Of a DNA stretch of 42,824 bases, positions 8,138 to 15,421 are shown piece by piece. Numbering within the stretch: position 1 is the first letter of the stretch; each line of letters starts with the position of its first letter. The stretch is taken from the NCBI GenBank assembly GCA_049656505.1, contig JBASLU010000051.1:1-42824 (forward strand), given 5' to 3'. Position numbers and translations under genes: made by a program. A model generated the notes under the pieces. That model did not search any database, was not told where the DNA came from, and saw nothing but the letters and a program-made list of their open reading frames with translations. This stretch comes from Candidatus Saccharimonadales bacterium (GTDB lineage Bacteria; Patescibacteriota; Saccharimonadia; Saccharimonadales; Saccharimonadaceae).

Positions 8138-9880
8138 TTATCTTTCTGGTTGTATCCTTAAATAATCTAACATCCAATTGGATATATCTGTAAATATTGG
8201 TAAGGCATGAATACCGCCTTCTAGTTCTTGGTGCTCGCCTGATACCTGAACCATTATGACATATTTTGACTCATCTTTGCTACCACCGAAACCTATATAT
8301 GTCCCAATAGACTCGTCGTTTGAATATACACCATTTCTAATAACTTGAGACGTACCTGTTTTACCACCTATAAAATATCCTGGTTTATCTCCAGCATGTA
8401 TAAATATAGATCTAGCATTATGAATCATATCACGAACCTGGTTGGCTGTTGATTCAGCTACAGTCCTAGACGGAGATTTGATGCTATTTTTTGTATAGAC
8501 ACCATTTTCGTCAATAAATCCATCGATAATTGTGGGAGTATAGTATTTTCCACCATTTACTATCGACGAGAACGCGGACGCCACCTGAACCATAGTCAAT
8601 TCCATGCCTTGACCGAACGCCATATTAGAATAACGAACAGCATTACCTTCTTGCTGATCTGGCGAGATAATAATTCCAGGCGCTTCATTGGCAACTTCAA
8701 TGCCAGTAAGTTGGCCAAGCTTAAATTTGTCATGATAATAGTCGTACATTATATCTCTAGCTTGGCGAGTTATATTTTTACCGTCACCTAATCGTTGGGC
8801 AATTGTCACAAAACCGGTGTTTAAAGACCAATTCAAAGCATGTTGAAAAGTAATTACTCCCGTTTCACCCAAGTAAGCGTTTTGAATTACTCTATCATCA
8901 ACTCTTATACTGTCAGTATTGTTGTAAGTAGAGTTAGGTGTAACTGCGCCTTTGTCTATACCAATAGCTATCGTTAAGCTTTTAATCACTGACCCGGGTT
9001 CATAAGGTACCGACACAACATCATTATTAAAAACTGAAACATCCTTAACATCCTGCAGTTTTTGCGGATTAAAGGTCGGAGAATTAGCCATAGCCATAAC
9101 TTGACCATTATGAGGATTTATAACGATGGCGCTAGCCTTCATTGCTCCAGTGCGTTTAATGCCATCTCTAAGAGCCTGTTCTACTCTTGATTGTATATTT
9201 CTATCAATACTTAAAACTAAATTGTCGCCATTTTTTGCTGGTATATCAATATTATTGTCGCCAATCGTAAGAGGAACAGAGCTAACATCAGTTACGGACT
9301 GTAATAAACCGTCCTTGCCAGCTAGTCTTTGCTCCATAGCGGCTTCTACACCATAAACGCCCTTACCTTCATAGTTTAAAAAACCTAAAGTTTGAGAAGC
9401 TAGCGAACCTTCTGGATATACTCTTTGGGATTCTTCTTGAAAACCCACTCCCTTTAAATTTTCCGACTTAATCTTATCAGCCTGTTTTCTCGTTATTTTT
9501 GTCGCTAAAATTTGATACCTAGTATCCTTATAACTTAGTAATTTATCTAAATTGGACCTTGCATTTCCACCAGCAATTTTTTTAATTACTTCAACAATTT
9601 TTTTATCATCTGTAGTTATGTAGGGATCGGCAAAAACCGTATAGATAGTCTGGTTCAAAACCAAAGGAACTGGTTCATTATCGCCATCTAAAGCATAAAT
9701 TAATCCTCTTTTGGCTGGGATTGTTAGCCGCTTGATCTGTTCGCTATTTGCTCTCTCTACATAATAATCATGTCTAATAATTTGTAAATAAAATAGTCTG
9801 ACAACGAAAATCGTCATCACTAAAAATAAGATTACGGCCAATGTGTTAGATCGGCTTCTTTTTTGTAATTCTAGTTTCAT
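8138..9880 (-). CDS. ftsI: Class B penicillin-binding protein / peptidoglycan D,D-transpeptidase FtsI
   Basis: N-terminal TM anchor and PBP dimerisation region. Transpeptidase triad SVIK (PGSVIKSLT), SLN (WSLNTG) and KTGTS. dcw position after ftsL. Confidence 0.93.
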   Translation of the reverse strand: MKLELQKRSRSNTLAVILFLVMTIFVVRLFYLQIIRHDYYVERANSEQIKRLTIPAKRGLIYALDGDNEPVPLVLNQTIYTVFADPYITTDDKKIVEVIKKIAGGNARSNLDKLLSYKDTRYQILATKITRKQADKIKSENLKGVGFQEESQRVYPEGSLASQTLGFLNYEGKGVYGVEAAMEQRLAGKDGLLQSVTDVSSVPLTIGDNNIDIPAKNGDNLVLSIDRNIQSRVEQALRDGIKRTGAMKASAIVINPHNGQVMAMANSPTFNPQKLQDVKDVSVFNNDVVSVPYEPGSVIKSLTIAIGIDKGAVTPNSTYNNTDSIRVDDRVIQNAYLGETGVITFQHALNWSLNTGFVTIAQRLGDGKNITRQARDIMYDYYHDKFKLGQLTGIEVANEAPGIIISPDQQEGNAVRYSNMAFGQGMELTMVQVASAFSSIVNGGKYYTPTIIDGFIDENGVYTKNSIKSPSRTVAESTANQVRDMIHNARSIFIHAGDKPGYFIGGKTGTSQVIRNGVYSNDESIGTYIGFGGSKDESKYVIMVQVSGEHQELEGGIHALPIFTDISNWMLDYLRIQPER

Positions 9881-9883
9881 AAA

Positions 9884-10234
9884 TTAATACTGAGCGTAGT
9901 CTGTAGAGACCGGCTTTGTCATAGCAGCTGCGACGCTGCTCTTTTTAATCGTCTCAAGGGCAGTTAATCTTGCGTTTTCAATTTCAAGATCACTTTTTTG
10001 CTCATTCAACTCTGCAATTTGATTATTTATTTTTTGAGTTGCATAGTCGTAGCTGGTAGCTCGAGTTGCTTGAGTTAAGTAAATTAAACCCAATACTGTT
10101 ACCATTAAGGCTATCATAACTGTATGGGCCACAGGGCCGAGTTTGATAGGTGACACATAGGCAACTGTATTTTGATTTCGTGACCAGTTTTGTTGACGAC
10201 GATTATTGAAAGTTCGACTATATTGATAAGACAT
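9884..10234 (-). CDS. ftsL: FtsL-like cell division protein (single TM plus coiled coil)
   Basis: Small bitopic protein: TM HTVMIALMVTVLGLIYL followed by a heptad-like segment NNQIAELNEQKSDLEIENARLTALE. Located between rsmH and ftsI. The ATG at 10234 is preferred; the ORF is open to a TTG at 10273. Confidence 0.7.
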   Translation of the reverse strand: MSYQYSRTFNNRRQQNWSRNQNTVAYVSPIKLGPVAHTVMIALMVTVLGLIYLTQATRATSYDYATQKINNQIAELNEQKSDLEIENARLTALETIKKSSVAAAMTKPVSTDYAQY

Positions 10235-10273
10235 TGTGGTGAATTTCTTGTTTATTTTTATTTTGACTAGCAA

Positions 10274-10297
10274 CCTCGCACCCTAAAGGGCGCGAGG
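10274..10297 (-). other. GC-rich hairpin in rsmH-ftsL spacer
   Basis: Minus-strand RNA CCUCGCGCCC-UUUA-GGGUGCGAGG forms a 10-bp stem with one G.U pair. On the plus strand that position is an A.C mismatch. No U-tract follows. The hairpin stands out in AT-rich surroundings. Confidence 0.6.
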
Positions 10298-10401
10298 CCA
10301 AGAGCTAATATTATTTGATACGAACTGTTACCACTTGAGCAACATCCGTATATTGTACTGGAATGTGAATTGGCATGGTGTTTTGCCCTTTCTTTTTGTT
10401 T

Positions 10402-11310
10402 TTATTTTTTTACTGCCACGCGCAATTTGCTACTGCGCGCACGCGGGTTGTTAACATCATATTGCTTTCCGGATAACGGTCTTTTAGTAACTATTTCTAG
10501 CTTGGCTTCAATACCTGATTCAGTCTGTTCTTTAAAGTATTTTTTTACAATTCTATCTTCTAGACTGTGGAAACTAATGATGCCGACTCGCCCGCCCTTA
10601 TTTAATAGGTCGGGCAAGTTAGGCAACAAGTCTTCGACAAGCCTTAGCTCATCATTGACTGCAATCCGAATTGCTTGAAAGGTACGTGTGGCTGGATGAA
10701 TTTTTTTCCATCTTCCACGATATTGTCGTTTGATCAGATCGGCGAGTTCACCAGTACTGCTTATGGGCCTTTCGCTAACAATTGCTTTAGCAATTGCCTT
10801 AGCAAAACCAATTGGCTCTTCGCCGTATTGGTTAATGATATGAGTAAGTTCATCAACAGACATTTCGTTTATTAGCGTTTTAGCGCTTTTTGTCTGTCTT
10901 TGATCCATCCGCATATCAAGTGGACCACTAGTTGTAAAGGAAAAACCTCGTTCACTCTGATCGAGTTGTGGTGACGACACCCCCAAATCAATCAGTATCA
11001 TGTCAAACCTTATACCTTCTTCAATAAGCTTTTTAGCAGCTGTAACGAAGTCGGCATGGATTAACTTCGACCCTCGAAGCGAGAATGATGATAGGCATTT
11101 TATTGCATTTTCATCACGATCGACTAGCGTAGCCTTAGTATAATCTTTAGTTTTAGCTAAAATCGCCTTGGCATGACCACCGTAACCCGCAGTTAGATCG
11201 AGATAACTCTCGCCTTCTTTGGGATTCAGCATCATAACAATTTGATCTAGTAAAACTGGAACATGTAGTGAATATTGTGGTGGATGTTCTTTTGTACTCA
11301 TTCGCATCAA
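10402..11310 (-). CDS. rsmH: 16S rRNA (cytosine1402-N4)-methyltransferase RsmH
   Basis: HVPVLLDQIV, DLTAGYGGHAKAIL, DLGVSSPQLD and SFHSLEDRIVK motifs. The start is uncertain (TTG 11310, ATG 11307 or ATG 11301). Confidence 0.95.
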   Translation of the reverse strand: MMRMSTKEHPPQYSLHVPVLLDQIVMMLNPKEGESYLDLTAGYGGHAKAILAKTKDYTKATLVDRDENAIKCLSSFSLRGSKLIHADFVTAAKKLIEEGIRFDMILIDLGVSSPQLDQSERGFSFTTSGPLDMRMDQRQTKSAKTLINEMSVDELTHIINQYGEEPIGFAKAIAKAIVSERPISSTGELADLIKRQYRGRWKKIHPATRTFQAIRIAVNDELRLVEDLLPNLPDLLNKGGRVGIISFHSLEDRIVKKYFKEQTESGIEAKLEIVTKRPLSGKQYDVNNPRARSSKLRVAVKK

Positions 11311-11334
11311 TCATAATAACATGATTTTTGCGAT

Positions 11335-11570
11335 TCGAGATCACCTAACTGGCAGTTAAGCTATGTTTGTTTTTGTTATAATGTTTGTTTTTGATAAGCT
11401 GTGATGAACTTTTAAACAGTACTGCGATAAGCAAGTATAATCTGTAAAAGGTTCATCTGAGAGACTTATGTGTGAGGTGGAGTTTTTTGGGAGGTGTTTT
11501 TTTGAACAAGGTGCACGGAATTTAAATGGTTCCGAAACCATTGCTTAACTACCAGATAGTTGATCTCGAG
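11335..11570. repeat. Inverted-repeat-bounded structured element (MITE-like or structured RNA) between mraZ and rsmH
   Basis: Arms 11335-11361 and 11543-11569 pair at 24/27 positions. The interior has tandem ATGTTTGTTTTTG (11363-11375 and 11381-11393), a bulged 12-bp stem-loop at 11403-11457, GAGGTGGAG+T6 and GGGAGGTG+T7 (11474-11503), and a 7-bp hairpin at 11525-11542. Confidence 0.65.
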
Positions 11571-11633
11571 AGTTTTTCTTTTTTATCTACTCAATGATGT
11601 TAAGGTGCGACAGACAAATAACCGGCTTTTTAG

Positions 11634-12002
11634 CTAATCGTTAGTAGGAGCTAGAATGCGCCAATAAAGACCAGCCCTTATGGCGACTACTTCACGGCTT
11701 ATACCAGCATAGTCAAGCAAATGTTGCTCTAAAACTACCCTTCCCTGTTTTTGATCCAGAGAAGCTTCAGTTTTACCATACCTGAACCTAACGTTGATAT
11801 CGGCAGTTTTTTCATCAAGTATATTGCCGACCAATGCAGGTTCTACTTCTTTATCCCATACTTGCTTGGGATATAGATGTAGGTATTTGCCAAATCCACG
11901 AGTCAACACTACACCAGACGCAAATTCATTTCGAAGTTCTGTAGGTATGGTCAACCTTCGCTTGTCATCAAGCTTCCTTTCGAAATAATCTACACTAGCC
12001 AT
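11634..12002 (-). CDS. mraZ: Transcriptional regulator MraZ
   Basis: Two SpoVT/AbrB-like halves carrying the duplicated DxxxR motifs (DDKRRLTIP and DQKQGRVVLEQ). First gene of the dcw cluster. Confidence 0.92.
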   Translation of the reverse strand: MASVDYFERKLDDKRRLTIPTELRNEFASGVVLTRGFGKYLHLYPKQVWDKEVEPALVGNILDEKTADINVRFRYGKTEASLDQKQGRVVLEQHLLDYAGISREVVAIRAGLYWRILAPTND

Positions 12003-12080
12003 GTTAAATCGTTTCTTTGGTTCCTTTTAGGTTATTTTTTTAATGTTTTAGTGGTATATATTTGTTTTTGTAGCGGTTTA

Positions 12081-12128
12081 ACCCACTGATTTCCACTGAA
12101 TTCACTATACTACCCACTCTAACCCACT
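12081..12128 (-). promoter_or_regulatory. Array of five phased MraZ-box-like direct repeats (AGTGGGT / AGTGGGT / AGTGAAT / AGTGGAA / AGTGGGT on the minus strand)
   Basis: The plus strand shows ACCCACT at 12081, TTCCACT at 12091, TTCACT at 12101, ACCCACT at 12112 and ACCCACT at 12122. Spacing is 9-12 nt (about one helical turn). The array lies 79-126 nt upstream of the mraZ ATG. Confidence 0.7.
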
Positions 12129-12230
12129 ACAATACCCAAATCATTGAAGATAGTACAAAATAAGCATAAGTTATTCACAGTTCTGTGGAAAAATAAATAA
12201 CAAATATGGGGTGGTAGGAATAGTGAGTAT

Positions 12231-13289
12231 CTATCTTCTCGTGGTATTTTTAGCTACTTTATCATTCTTTACAAGATTAATTAGATCTTTAACTATTGAC
12301 TCGGCGTCATGCCTAATTAAAGAACGGTTAGGTAATAGCGTATCAGCATCACTCCTTTTTGTTATTTTTCCTAAATACTTACCAGCTATCGCTTTATAGT
12401 GTTGTTTGTTCAAGTTTTCATTATCAATTTCTACAAGAAAAGCTTGTTCCGCTTTATATCTTCGCGCTAGATTTTTTGAAGGGGTTTGCTCATTATAGAT
12501 TACATAGTCTAAAAAAGGTGTACCAACAAAACGCTCGATTTCGCTTGCATGATCACTGACGGTAAAGCCGCTAGTCTGGCCATGCTTTGTAACTAAATTT
12601 ACCAAATAGACATTTTTAGCTTTTTTATTTTCAATAATTGCATTGGATATGCCTTTTATGACTAGAAGAGGTCCGAGAGATGAATATATATCTCCTGGCG
12701 CAATAATAATCAGATCCGCCTCTTTTATGGCTAGAGTTGCATCGGGATTAGCCTTGGCTTTTGGTACCAAAGAAAGGATAGCCCTTTTGGGGTCATGTTT
12801 AAAATATTCATCATAAATTACCCTTTCATTGTGTAATATTATGCTAGCATGTGGCCACTCCATTTTAAGTCTGGCGTTATCTAATGTGGCTGGTATAACC
12901 TCGCCATTAATTCTCAAGATTTCACCCGCTGTTTTAACTGCTTCGCGGAAACTCCCACTAGTTTTTTCTAAGGCTGTTAAAAATATATTCCCGAATGAAT
13001 GACCCTTGAATGTCCCCCTGTCGAATCTATAGTTAAATAAATTTCTAATTTTTGGGGAATCACTCAAAGCCACTAAACATTGTCTGACATCGCCAGGCGG
13101 TAAAGCGCCTAATTCATCCCTTAAAACACCCGTACTACCACCGTCATCAACCATATTGACAATCGCTTTGATGTTATTTGAGTAATACTTTAAAGCAGAC
13201 AAAATAGTAAAACTACCAGTTCCCCCTCCAATAACAACTATGTTTAAATTTTCAAGTGGGCTAGGTATTATTTTCATTGATAATACCAT
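12231..13289 (-). CDS. YvcK/CofD-like family protein (UPF0052, gluconeogenesis factor-like)
   Basis: IVVIGGGTGSFTILSALK and VNMVDDGGSTGVLRDELGALPPGDVRQCL are characteristic of the YvcK/CofD fold. Confidence 0.88.
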   Translation of the reverse strand: MVLSMKIIPSPLENLNIVVIGGGTGSFTILSALKYYSNNIKAIVNMVDDGGSTGVLRDELGALPPGDVRQCLVALSDSPKIRNLFNYRFDRGTFKGHSFGNIFLTALEKTSGSFREAVKTAGEILRINGEVIPATLDNARLKMEWPHASIILHNERVIYDEYFKHDPKRAILSLVPKAKANPDATLAIKEADLIIIAPGDIYSSLGPLLVIKGISNAIIENKKAKNVYLVNLVTKHGQTSGFTVSDHASEIERFVGTPFLDYVIYNEQTPSKNLARRYKAEQAFLVEIDNENLNKQHYKAIAGKYLGKITKRSDADTLLPNRSLIRHDAESIVKDLINLVKNDKVAKNTTRR

Positions 13290-13300
13290 TATAGACTACG

Positions 13301-14761
13301 TTACGACGATTTTTTATTACGCTTGGCTTTATCTTTTTGATATATTTTTTCTGGAGATTTACCAGTATTTAATATTTTGTGGCAAGAGGCGCATATACTA
13401 CAGCCACCAACGATAGTTCGACTTGGCAACCATTCAATATCTCCTCGGCTAGGACAACCTTTAATAATACAAACCCCCACTCTAGGTGTACCGAAGTTAT
13501 CAAGATGTTGATATAAATTGAATGATTTTGTTAGAACATCGTATTCCGATATTTTAACGTCTCCACTGATATTATTACTTAAATTATCTTGATTATAAGT
13601 CGGACAAACATTATTAACGTAACTATTGCTATTGTTTAATACTTCTGGGATTTGATTATAGTAGGAAATCGCAGCATAGCCCGTTGACTTATCAACATTA
13701 AGATTAGATAAATCAGACAATAGTTCATGGCTGGCTTGATGAACAACTTTTGTAATACTTATTATTATCTGTTGTAAGAAATTTCTAGCTAATCCCATAG
13801 ATATAGTAGCGCCCTCTTGTAATCTATAATTTAAATTAATTTTCTTAGCTAAATCAATCATTTCATAGCTAACTTTTCCGTTACTTTTTGATAAAATTTC
13901 TAAAGCTTCAAAGTAGACCTCGGTAAGAGCAGATTGGTTTTTAACTATATCTATGCCATTCAACGATTCAACTTCAAGGTCTTCTTTCGACAAACCAAAG
14001 CTATACTCCTTACCATCTTCATCTCGGCCTAAGATATAATCATAAATATATCTGTAATACTCCACAAAATCATCAGAATCTCGAAATGTAGAACTAAAAA
14101 ACTCATAGTTATTGGCTAGAATATCAATTTCCGTTTCGCAATTATCAATACCACAACCGATTTGTCGTCTAAATTCATTGAATTGTTTTATACTAGGCTG
14201 ATAAAGTGAAACAAAAGAGCCTTCTATTGTATCGTTGTTCACTTTTCTATAAATTCTCGAAACGGCAATTTTCTGACTACCAATCGGTAAAGATTCAAAT
14301 ATTAAAAAAGCGCCAATTTTAGCGTCTAAAAACCAATCTTTTAATTTATCTGGCTCTTCTGCCTCAATCAACGCGCGTTCATATTCTTCAATTAAATCGG
14401 GGTTTTGTTTGAGAGCATCACCTAATATCTTCGCATTATTGCTAGTCATAGTTCTCATTGATACTTCACCAGCATAAGATATAAAATCGTTATCTATAAA
14501 ATTAAACACCACTTTATTAACAAAAGGAGTTTTTGGTAATCTCTCGGCAACGTCAGTTTCTAAATCCTCTTTTATACCCACTAAAGACTCTTCGCCTCTT
14601 TCAAGATACTGGAATAAATGACTCAGAGGATCATTAATACCTAAATACTCTAGTTTTATCGCTAAACGGCCAAGGTTGACTTCACGTTCACGATTTTCTA
14701 AATAAATAACCCGAGACTCTTGCCTATCTATTAATGCTTCCATAACTTCGTGATTTTTCAA
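13301..14761 (-). CDS. Hypothetical acidic protein with C-terminal Cys-rich (zinc-ribbon-like) segment and basic tail
   Basis: 486-aa ORF with a TTG start preceded by GGGAG 8 nt upstream (first ATG is at codon 7). C-terminus is GVCIIKGCPSRGD...GGCSICASCHKIL...KDKAKRNKKSS. I recognise no family motif and no Walker A. It ends 11 nt before yvcK. Confidence 0.6.
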   Translation of the reverse strand: MKNHEVMEALIDRQESRVIYLENREREVNLGRLAIKLEYLGINDPLSHLFQYLERGEESLVGIKEDLETDVAERLPKTPFVNKVVFNFIDNDFISYAGEVSMRTMTSNNAKILGDALKQNPDLIEEYERALIEAEEPDKLKDWFLDAKIGAFLIFESLPIGSQKIAVSRIYRKVNNDTIEGSFVSLYQPSIKQFNEFRRQIGCGIDNCETEIDILANNYEFFSSTFRDSDDFVEYYRYIYDYILGRDEDGKEYSFGLSKEDLEVESLNGIDIVKNQSALTEVYFEALEILSKSNGKVSYEMIDLAKKINLNYRLQEGATISMGLARNFLQQIIISITKVVHQASHELLSDLSNLNVDKSTGYAAISYYNQIPEVLNNSNSYVNNVCPTYNQDNLSNNISGDVKISEYDVLTKSFNLYQHLDNFGTPRVGVCIIKGCPSRGDIEWLPSRTIVGGCSICASCHKILNTGKSPEKIYQKDKAKRNKKSS

Positions 14762-14964
14762 TTTAAAAACTCCCAGCCGTTCAAGCAGGAAGTCTAAAAA
14801 TGATAAGACTCTTGCTCGAGAGGTTTACTTATTCGGACTTTTCTACTCTATTTCTATTAATAGATTATATAGAATCACCGTTGCGGCACAGTTCTGGATT
14901 CGCACCAGATTACAGTTTAGATGTTAATAATCTAAGTATACTCTTTTTCTACATATAGCCCAAA

Positions 14965-15396
14965 TTAAATAACAAAAGTACCGCTTAAATATTCTTCGCG
15001 AGCTCTGTTAGCCCAATCGTCGGCAAGCTCGTTATTAATATTGCCAACATGGCCACGAATCCAAATCAATTTAGCGTTCGACTGCTTGTAATGATAATGC
15101 ACGTCTTTAACGATATCTATATTTTTTATTTCACCAGTTTTTTTAGTCCAACCATTTAATTCCCAACTGTCAGCCCAACGATTGATAACATTAACCCAAA
15201 ATTCGCTATCACTAAAAATTTGGCAATCTTCACCATTAGCATCTTTTAAAGCAGCTAAAATAGCTCGACCTTCCATTCTGATATTGGTCGATAAATCTTC
15301 ATGACCGACAATCACTAATTCAGTGTCTCGTACTGTTGCGAACCCCCCTGGTCCAGGATTGGGACTGCAACTACCATCTGTAAAATATGTAATCAT
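14965..15396 (-). CDS. rnhA: Ribonuclease HI
   Basis: DEDD catalytic pattern: FTDGSCSPNPGPGG, NIRMEGRAI, FSDSEFWV and GHVGNINNELADDWA. Confidence 0.93.
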   Translation of the reverse strand: MITYFTDGSCSPNPGPGGFATVRDTELVIVGHEDLSTNIRMEGRAILAALKDANGEDCQIFSDSEFWVNVINRWADSWELNGWTKKTGEIKNIDIVKDVHYHYKQSNAKLIWIRGHVGNINNELADDWANRAREEYLSGTFVI

Positions 15397-15421
15397 TGTT
15401 ATCTATTCTACTATATTTAAC

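Noticed and set aside
11356-11541. 61-aa minus-strand ORF inside the mraZ-rsmH spacer
   Set aside because: It has no SD and an implausible composition. It spans the stems and tandem repeats of the inverted-repeat element, so the DNA is better explained as structured non-coding sequence.
12176-12187. Palindrome CACAG-TT-CTGTG upstream of the MraZ boxes as an operator, and its shared 11-mer TTTTCCACAGA with 3577-3587
   Set aside because: A 5+5 palindrome and an 11-mer match are both expected by chance many times in about 43 kb of AT-rich sequence. There is no supporting context.
13301-14761. Identification of the 486-aa protein as RapZ/YvcJ or WhiA because of its position next to yvcK
   Set aside because: It has no Walker A/B (RapZ) and no LAGLIDADG-like or C-terminal HTH pattern (WhiA). 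Its size and composition also differ.
14850-14930. A tRNA gene around the T-arm-like hairpin
   Set aside because: No complementary acceptor 5' strand, D-arm or anticodon arm can be built on either strand. At most it is a 3'-fragment-like remnant, reported separately at low interest.
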